Assembly (NCBI GenBank): GCA_965649765.1
Contig: OZ287749.1
Location: 100,502,001 to 100,566,000 of the forward strand
DNA length: 64,000 nt
From: Bispira polyomma
Lineage: Eukaryota
Direction: 5' to 3'
Part shown: positions 54,701 to 64,000 of the stretch, in pieces
Position numbering within the stretch: the stretch's first letter is position 1
How the letters are laid out: the number at the start of each line of letters is the position of its first letter
The notes under the pieces: model-generated
The model's database searches: none
The model's input: only the letters and a program-made list of their open reading frames with translations
Told to the model about the DNA's origin: nothing
Translations under genes and position numbers: made by a program

Positions 54701-55042
54701 ATGCTGGCTTTCTGTCAAATTCACTACCTAATCTCATATAACCTATTCCACTATGTATTCTATATTCCAGCACCAACTCTGATTCATATTTAATGCCTGA
54801 TCAGGTTCCATTCCACAGGTGAACTTGGACATACTTGTGTAATAAACTACACACATAAACATTAGGGCATTAAAGAAGAGAACAGAACCTTTTATGACGT
54901 TTTGTTCACAGTTCATTAACTAAATATTAAGAATTCAACCCAGAGAATGATTACTAGGACCTTTACGTCATGTCTATTTTTGGCAATTTTTTGCCCCAAT
55001 TAATCTCTGTATTACCTGTATATAAAGTCTATAACTACATAC

Positions 55043-58000
55043 CTCCATTGTGTAGGTTGTACCAGGAGACAGGGTGTTGATGTGGTAACTGCGAGGGACG
55101 ACCAAGGTTCGGTGACTCTCTCTTCTCCGGGGCTCCGTGGCGTGACTTGGGCCGTTCTCCCTCGGGATTTGGGGACTTCCTGTCGGTGACCTTTCTCAGA
55201 TCCTGGGCCCGTACCTGTTGGTCTCTGTAGTATTGCGAGGCCTGCTGCTGTAGGATGTCCAACGCTTTGCCATCTTGCGCCCCCATGGGGTAGGGCATGT
55301 ACGGGTGTCCAGGGTAGGGCATTGGGAAGGGTACCCCTGGGTAGACGCCGTGGGGGTAACCGGGGTAGCTGTACGAGTATGGGTGTGGTACTGAGGCCGG
55401 GGGAGGGTGGGGTATGGATGCCGGGGCTGGAGCTGGGGAAGACATGGAAGGGGAGGACATAGAAGGGGCTGGAGCAGGGGATTTGGGGGCTTCCTTTCTG
55501 AGGGGGACATCTTGTTTACTACTATCACCAATAGGCCGCTGCTTATCACTCACTTTGTCCAAGTATCTGCTGTCACTGTGCTGTTGTTCACCGTGTCTAT
55601 GTTCTATACTACTCCTCTCTCCAGGCCTGTCTAGGTGTCTGGATTCACCAGGCCTCTCCAGGTGCCTTGATTCACCTCTGTCCATTCGCCTGTCACCTGA
55701 GGGTGGAGGTCTCTCTAAACTCCTACTGTCTTGTTGTCCATGCCTGTCCAGACCCCGATCACTTGACCTGTCCAGACCCCTATCACCTGACCTGTCCAGA
55801 CCCCGATCACCTGACCTGTCTACTAGCCTCTCTCTTTCTCTCTCCCCGTGTCTGTCCAGCACTGTTCTCTCACCGGCCCTATTGTCCATCTGTCTCTGCA
55901 GGTCAATGGGGCGGTGATCCATAGGCTTACCAAATGACTGAGGGTGAATGTCCTTTCTGTCCGCCCCTTGCTTTAACTCTGCCTTGGTTTTGGGCGATGG
56001 CATAGGGCTGTTCTCTCGCCTTGACATGCCAGGATGTGATGTCATCGAGTGACTAGACGTAGGCGGGCCTTTGGGGGACTCCTGCGGTTCTCCCGGGAGC
56101 TTGGCTTTATCACGATTCTGTGGATGCTCAAAACGGCGAGGGTAGTCCATGTGTCTTTGCTGTTGCTGCTGGTGTTGCTGCTGCTGTTGCATCGCTTGCT
56201 GATGGTGATGCTGCATTAGAAACAGTCTGTGCATATCCTTCTGTCTCAAACTAGCATCCATAGCTGCCTTCTCTTTATCACTGACATTCATCTGGGTTTT
56301 TAGTTCCAAGTTTTCCTTCAGTATCTTCTCATTCTCAGACTGCCTTTCACTCATGCTCATTCCCCCAGGTATCTGTTTGTAATGTTGTTGTTCGACACTG
56401 TTTGCTTTTGGCACGTCAGATTTACCGGAATGTGTGGGGGGAAGTTGTTTGCTCAGATCAGAACCCGGGGACATGTTTGGGTTGTTTGGACGAGTCATCT
56501 GAGGACTGTTTGTACTGCTAGCCCCGGGCAGTTTATGAGGCATGTTCATGTTGGAGTCTACGGTCCGCCTCACCAAGTCACTGTGTCTCTCCATTCTTTC
56601 CATAATGCCAGGATTAGACGACGGCTTCAGTGGACCACCACTTAATGGGGGGCCTTGGTTCAGTGGCTCCGGCTGAGGCCTGCGCAGCTTCTCCTCCAAG
56701 ACCTTTTGTGGGGTGAGTCTGTCCTGTGTCTGCATAGACTGATTAGGCTTTGCATTATTGGGGTTTTGATTGACGTTGTACCCTGGGGGGAAGTTCCCAA
56801 ACACGGGGTGCTTTTGTTGCAGATTTGCCCTGCCATGCTGTATTTCGTTGCCGGGCTGGGGCTTCATGTTTTCTCTGCCGCTGAAGGGCTGCTCCTTCGG
56901 TCTATTCATGTCCGGGTTATTGGTGTTTACTTGCTGCGGGGCTGGATTCCTAATGCTTAGGTTTGTTGGTCTTGGGACGTCTTTGTTGGTGAAGGCTTGC
57001 TGTTGTTGTTGCTGTTGAGGGGGTGGTGGGGGGACTGTGGTCCCTGGGGGCCCATTCTTGGAATGTCCTGTGTGAGTAATGACAGGCGTCAGGTTGGGGG
57101 GTTCCTGCTGTAATCCCTTGGGTACACTTTCCCCATTGCTCTCCTTGGGACAGGCTCCTTGGATGGTCTGCGACTGTTTCTTAGCCAGTTCCACCTCATT
57201 CTCCAGTACGGGAACGTTATCGTTGCCTTCGTCAGAGATATCCGAGTACGCCGGACTGTGTACAGATTCAGGGATGGCAGCCGAGTCTTTGAGTTTATTA
57301 TCGGCCCTTTGCTGTTGTTGCTGTACTGCAGTTAAGCCTCTGGCAACAGACCCCTGTGTATTACTGCCACTGATGGGACTACTCTTACTGTCGCCACCAC
57401 CGTTCACGTCACCCCCCACTACCTTCTGCTGGCCACCATTCCCTGACACTTGTTGCCCACTTAACCCTCCCCCATCTTTCTGTAACAACTGCTGCTCCAG
57501 TAACTTCTTCTCTTTCTTCTCCTTCTTTTTCTTCTTCTTCTCCTTCTTTTTCTCCTTCTCCTCTTTACTCAGTTGGGCCACGTTACCGCTACCCGCCTCG
57601 ATCTTAACACCCCCACCCGGGGGTGAGGACTGTATTCCGACGGGTACCGAGACGATGGGTGCGGTGACAGTTCTCGGGGTGGGTGCCGGCGGTCCTTGTA
57701 CCGTCATGGAGGCCACTTGTATGGGGATGGCCGCCTGTTTACGAGGTACCTCTGGAGAGCTAGACGAGTTGGTACGAGTGACCGTATTCAAGGTGGAGGA
57801 GGGGGAGTCCATGGGTTCTGTCTTCACAGCTACACTTGTACACGTGTTGTTGACGTTCTCATTGTTTACCACTCCCGCCTCATCTACCTCCATTTGCTGG
57901 TCTGACTTGCTCTTCTTGTTTTTCTTTTTCTTGTTCTTCTTCTCCTTGGGTTTTTCCTCGGTCTGAGCGGCCGTTGTCTGCTGCATGCCGGCGAATCTGA

Positions 58001-58437
58001 CATGTGTCTTGTTGTGTTCGCTGGTCTGCTCCACCTGTAGCAATAGGTCCTTGTGCGCGCTGTTCTGGTGAAACTTTAATGCGTGAACGTCCCTGTATCG
58101 CTTGCTGCAGTCCGGGTGAGAGCACACGAACCACTCCTGTAACACGCTGGGCTTGTTCACCGCCGTGGTCTGATCGCCGATCTCAAATCGAGGCTTCTTG
58201 GCGGGACTCGCCATTTCGCTGACCGCGGCGACATCTGGTCGCCTCTTTTCCCCAGCTGAGGGCAAGGGACAGCTGTTGTTTTTGGCGGGGCTGGGTGGCG
58301 GGTTGTAACTCTGTTGACTACTACTGTTACGAGTTGTCCGCGTCCCCCTCCCACCCATACTGTTCATGGTGGTGCGGCCGCGCTTTCCACGACCCCCCCT
58401 CGGGGTCCTCGCGTCAGGATCTTGTGGGGAATCGGAC
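55043..58437 (-). CDS. ZNF608: ZNF608/ZNF609/scribbler-like gene, large 3395-nt coding exon
   Basis: Lies within the 1141-aa ORF 55035..58460. Acceptor tcagttttag|G at 58437, donor GGAG|gtatgt at 55043. Contains RGGRGKR, a single C2H2 finger (CSHPDCSKRYRDVHALKFHQNSAH), Lys-rich tracts, HSPAYSDISD and KALDILQQQASQY, all typical of the family. Confidence 0.93.
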
Positions 58438-60545
58438 CTAAAACTGAGAGGATAAAACAAAGGAAACTGTTAATATTATTTAGGAAAGACATGATCTTTA
58501 AGGTCTTTGCAAACTAGTGATATATTTTAGAAACTCTAAAATTTGTGTACAAAACCCTTTACATATGCTAGGCGAGTAGCAGTGAGGCAAGGCATTTTAA
58601 ATTAAAATTTTTTAAATTTTTACTTGCCTTGCTTCTGGGTTGCCCTAAGTATAGTTTATTTAGGTCAACATACACTCACATAGATTGTGTAATGCAAAAG
58701 CAATGAAATCACTGACCCTGCTAGTACACCACTCGCTAGTACTAACGTCTTGCTGGTCTGGAACTAACTTCCAAATTAGAATTGGTAAATAGGTGACCCG
58801 GTGAATGAATTTACAAAACTTTAAAACAATACTTTGCATGTATTCTTCAATTTTACAAAAATATGCATTCTTAAAATACTTTTAATGAAATATGGACTAA
58901 TAATAATAATAACATACACTGGATTGTTTTGCTATAAGACAGACACAGATAAAACCGGTATATGTTATTTTACCTGTGACATTATAATATATAAAGCAAC
59001 AGTGTCATTTGAAGACATTTGTTCTTTGGTGAGGACACTATCAATAAAGAAAATCTTTTTCTATTATTTATTCCTATTGAATTACACTACCAACCTAAGT
59101 CAATAGCTCCCAGCTTAGTACATAATCACAAGTGCAAATCAATCCCTCCCTGAATGTCTCACTCCCCCCCACCCACCCCCATTTCTCATTAAATCTGGCT
59201 TTATTCAAGGCGAGGTGACTCAGATGAGCAAGGGAGGTTTAAAAGAAACAATTCAAAGAGGCTTCCCATTGACAACTCTATATATATGAATGAGCGAGTT
59301 TTCAAAACCAAAAGTCGTCACAACACTATAATAATCAGAAGTGGAGAGCTAATTCTTTAGCTGGTGACAGATTACCCGCCTGTAAAATTCCCCCCCCCTT
59401 TTTTTGGGCTGTCTCTTTATGACACTGCGAGTTTTTGATGCCTAGCAGCCCCCCCCCCCCCCCCCCCTCCCAAATGGGTTGTCTCTATTAAGCCCTGGGA
59501 GAAGTTGCTTTAAATCTGCCTTTCCATTTATGGTACTCAGTACGCACAGAAAGACAACCCTCCCCCCACCCCCTCAGGGGTCAGCCACCAAGCTGTACTA
59601 ATGGCAAAGCTCATTCAATTAAATTACCACTTGCAAAATACCCTGGTTTCCTTCTTTAAGCTGGAGATTCCCCATTACTTTGAGATTTGTCATAAAAGGG
59701 TGCAGCAAACAGAACAATACGCCAGTGTTTTCTTTTGTCAAAGCATTGAAAAGTAAATACTAAAATAACCTATCTAAAAAGTAATTATAACAATGTATAT
59801 TTTAAAATATTTTTAGGGGTCCTTTTGTTTGAATTATTAATTGCTATAGTCACCAGTGTGTCAAAAATTTCTTGAATAAAGGGGAAATTCTGTCAAGTCT
59901 TATGTTTATGATTCACTGGCCACCTGAAATACTATAATGAGCAGGCGATATGACGAATGGCTTTAAACATGTATTTTAACGCAATTCAAGCATTTACGGG
60001 TAAGATATCGAAACATTTAAAGCGATGATTGATCAGAAATCTTCATGTCTAATTGGTACATTGATTAATTTATCACAAGAGAATTAAATAATTCCTATCA
60101 CAACTATAATGAGATGTTGGACGTTTTGGGATATCATTCCTGAACGAAATTTAGTTGTTTTTTTTTCTCAGATATCAGAGTTTGTACTGATACACAAAGC
60201 CAGCCAAGCACTTGCTATTATAAAGACTTGATCTTTCTTTGGCCAATACTTCATGCATATTCATGACTTTGAAAAGCTGTCTCCAACTGGAGAGGGATCC
60301 TCTGCACATAATCTAACTTCTGCTTCTGTAAAGGTTGGGCTGAAATACCATCTTTTCTCACGAGACTTCTAAAAAGAAGATCTGGTGTCACCAGCTGCAT
60401 TATTTATATCTACCCCCTCCTTTTACCCCAAAGTGGTAGAATTAACTTAATACACACATACATAGGGGATGTAATGTACATCTTATAAAACCCTGCTATT
60501 TTCTCCATTGGGTGCCTCTCTCCTTGACCAGATGACTAAACATAC

Positions 60546-60633
60546 CTAGGTGGGGCCCATTCATGCTTGGTGGCATCCAGTAGGGTACCAACATAAGTCT
60601 TCCCTCTCCAAGTCACATTAACCACCAGTAAGC
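60546..60633 (-). CDS. ZNF608: ZNF608/ZNF609/scribbler-like gene, internal 88-nt coding exon (conserved N-terminal domain)
   Basis: Minus strand ttgtgtatttgcag|GC TTA CTG...CCA CCT AG|gtatg translates to (G)[28 protein letters not shown](R), the hallmark block of ZNF608/609/Sbb. Its phase-2 end matches the phase-2 start of the next exon. Not in the ORF track. Confidence 0.95.
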
Positions 60634-61737
60634 CTGCAAATACACAAAGATAGGCTCACATCATCATCCATCCCACAGTCTCAAAACACACTCTATAGAC
60701 TAGACTAGTTTCCTACTCACATTAAGCCTCAGGAGAATAAATGGGAACCTGGCTAAAGGAAAGTGATGGGAAGTGGGAGGGTGGGGGGGGGGTGGGGGGG
60801 TTGCAGAATAGTGGGTGGTTCCCCCATGAAGGCGGAAAGATTAGTGGCTAAAAGGGAAGTACCTGATGTAATTGATGGTTAGAAAAAGTCAGCTGACTTG
60901 GGAGGAAGCAATATTCTGTCTTACTACACAATGTATTTGGGGTGTTTTTTATTTTAATGCATTCTTTCTTCTGCCAAAAGCAGGGGTGGGGTTAGCCGCA
61001 TAAACCACTACATTTATTTCTAACTCCTTTGGTGGCATGTTCTCTTCCTGTATGGAAATTCTGACCAATAAACAAAGACGAAAAACTGTACACATTTATT
61101 TGTACAACCTCTATTTCATGTAGGAACTAAATTTGACTCCTCCAATGTAATATATATGCCTATTTTTGTACACTACAATTTCCCCTTAAACATTCTTTTA
61201 CTTAAACACATGTACAACTCTCTGTAAGTACTATATAAACAAAGCAAAATTATAAACAACATGTCAGACAGTGGATGGAAAAGGCAGAGAACTAAACTAA
61301 CCACAAAATGGATCTATTTTCCTCAAGCCAGTACATTTCATATATACACTGGAAGTACACACAAATATTCCCAAAGTACCCTACATATGAATATTGATGC
61401 ACATTTAGTCACTGATGTGACTTACAGTGAACAATAAATAACATCTAAATGACAGTGCAAATTCTCAAGTCCTTCATGTCAATTACCTCCAAACCTGTTA
61501 CTTGTCAAGTTTATTTTTTCACACAGAAATTTACACCCCTTATGTTTTTGTGTAGAGACTTCTGTTCTGATCACCCACACACTGTGTTGTACTTTATATC
61601 CAAAGTATATTCTCACAGGTTGGGTCCATCCAATGTTACATATATACATTCACTATACTATTTAGCCTATTTCACTGTATTCTGATGGTTGTACAAAAAC
61701 TGTGCAACGCCACATATTTATAGCAGGAGGAACACTA

Positions 61738-62060
61738 AGTGGATGTTTCCACGCAGGCAATTTTCTGAGGCGATCAGCCAATGGCAATGGTTTCAGTGAT
61801 TTAGAAGTACATGTTTTCATGTGAGCAGCGCTGATAGGCGGCAGACAATTTTTTCGCTTCTGGTAGCGAAAAAAATATTTTATGCTTCAATAATGGTTCA
61901 GAAATAGCTAAATTGTTTAAGCTTAAATACAGGGGTGGGGGTGAGGTGGGGTGGGGTCTCTCTTTTTCTTAAATAATTCTATGGAAATATAAAAATTGCC
62001 GATTGGCTGCCGAACATCAGATGATTGCCGTCTCCCATTGCCGACATGAAAACGTAAACT
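61738..62060. mobile_element. Degenerate intronic Harbinger-like MITE
   Basis: agtggatgtttccacgcaggcaat vs reverse complement agtttacgttttcatgtcggcaat, with inner cagccaat.ggcaat/attgccgattggctg. Confidence 0.55.
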
Positions 62061-64000
62061 AAAAAAAGAAATGCAAAAACCAGAATAAGAAAGGTTGAAA
62101 AAACTCAAAGAAAAACAACAGGATACTTTATTAGCTACCAGTAAACTGAAGTGCTGGAAAAGAAATGAATGTGAGAGAGAGATTAATAAACAGTAACAAG
62201 TAGTGTTGTCTTGCTTTTAGAAAAAAAGCCATCGTAGTTGAAGTGGATTGTATGAAAAGTCCCCTGTGTTAAAGCTATTAGTGTGGAAATAGAAGAGCAG
62301 TTTTGTCATTGATGTGGCAATAAGTCTGTCCCCGTCATTAAAGGAACCATTTTGAAAGGGAGCCCAATGCTTTAAAGAGATGACTGATTCCCTATTTTAA
62401 CTGTCACAGAAACATTCCTCACTTCTCTGATAAAAGGAGAGAAGAAAAAAAAGCGCCCTATAGATCATCACACACAGATTGTCTGAACACAAGTTACTTG
62501 TTTTAAAAGGAACCCATTTCAGTTCTTTTGTTAACCTTTAAAGGGGAAAAACCTGTTGGCTTTTAAACCATACACACACTCTCTGACTGTGCTTTAACTG
62601 GCAAAGATCCAAGTCTTTTCTCTCCTCCACTCATAAACTACTAGAAAAGGCTTGTCTCAATAACTTCATGTCAGGCCAAAGTCAAGGGGTGGGGGGGGGA
62701 GGGGGATGGGGGGAGATACTCCCCCCAAGCCTGAAGATTATACACAATTGTGTAGCATTATTAAAGGGGGGGAGGTGGGGGGGAGACACAATGTGGGTTT
62801 TAATAACAGGGGATAGGTTTTTATTAAGAAACACACAATAAGTCATCCTAAACCTTTAGGGCTGAAATGAAGTGGAAGGAGAGCCTAAAAGAAGCTAAAC
62901 AGGAAGAAAACAGACCAAATTATGTGTAGCTAATGTCAAGTGAACTGGATTTTTCTTAGGGATTTTCTGTTTTTGTGTGTGTGCTTTTAACATATTATTA
63001 TTATTTCTACACAGGAGTTGGGGGGGGGGGACTTTGTACATGTTATTAGTAGTATAGAAATGGGTAAGGGGGGGGGGGGGGTTAGTAATTCTGCATACAC
63101 AGTACACACTAATATATAGCTATGCAGAGGTGCTATTCAGACTGTACACATATGTACAAATGTATGTCTAGTGAATAGGACTTGCCTTATTACAGAAAGG
63201 CTTGATCAACAAACCAATTTATTCACAAAAGAGGTTGGCCAGTACATATTTAACAACCTTTGAGTGTGGTGCTGTTTAGCAATAACATGTGTGGTATGGT
63301 ACATGTATGGTGTAAAATGCTGGCTGAACAGGTTTTCTCTGTACACACTACATATTCATATAGCGTATACAACTAGTGTATATTGAGAGAGAACTATTTT
63401 TAAGTATATCTTATTTTGCGTGGAGTCCTGTGGTTTGAGAAGGGTGTTACCACTGAGAGTCTCCATTGAATACCCCCCCCCCCCCCCCGTCCCCCTTCTC
63501 CCCAATGCAGTGTGTATATATGTACAAGTATTCATATAAATATAGTGAGAGAAGCCAGTAATTACAGGCTGAGTGTTTTCATGTCATTATCAATGGAATG
63601 CTGATGAAGCCCTGTACTCCTTACACTAATTGATGGCAGGAATTATTTATGCTGACAGCAGATATACTATTTACTGAGAAGGTGCAAAGCACTCACTCTT
63701 TCTATTAAAAATGTTCTATACTCAACCAGAGATATATATATGTATTAATGACATATTCATATGCACATGCATTCAGCCTAAAAAGGTATTTGGTAAATAC
63801 TATGTATACCAAGGAGACCAGTTCAATCCAGTTATAAATCGTATATGTCTACAGTGTGCCTTGGTTTGTTTTGATATCATTACAGAGCTTTTGTCCGTAC
63901 TGACCCTTATGGGGGGTTTAGATCATGTATCAATGTTTAGCCACTAAAACCCATTAATAATACAGACCACAAGAAAAAAAAAATTATGTAGAAGTTTTTT

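Noticed and set aside
57079-57966. 295-aa plus-strand ORF and other ORFs overlapping 55-58.5 kb
   Set aside because: Antisense or alternate-frame shadows of the GC-rich, low-complexity ZNF608 exon.
58438-58460. ORF-track start MFYPLSF
   Set aside because: Intronic polypyrimidine tract; the exon begins at the acceptor at 58437.

Overview
AT-rich animal genomic DNA (spliceosomal GT-AG introns, microsatellites, many G/C homopolymer runs), probably from a bilaterian invertebrate. The one host gene I can support is the 3' part of a minus-strand ZNF608/ZNF609 (Drosophila scribbler/brakeless) orthologue. It has three phase-compatible coding exons: 60546-60633 (missed by the ORF track), 55043-58437, and a probable terminal exon at 51701-51753, followed by a probably long 3' UTR. 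The ~45 kb downstream is gene-poor. It holds two divergent, decayed tyrosine-recombinase (DIRS-order, Ngaro-like) retrotransposons (~28.1-32.6 kb nearly complete; ~40.4-43.1 kb 3'-truncated), many MITEs (Harbinger-like, Tc1/pogo-like, foldback-like, Crypton-like), tRNA-derived SINEs, minisatellites, short palindromes and enhancer/promoter-like islands. I found no clearly new biological system. The most interesting signals are in the YR retroelement: a candidate -1 frameshift site at the gag/pol junction, a splice acceptor in front of the ATG-less YR frame, and a triplicated perfect stem-loop in its 5' leader. TE superfamily labels come from TIR/TSD patterns read by eye, with no database search.
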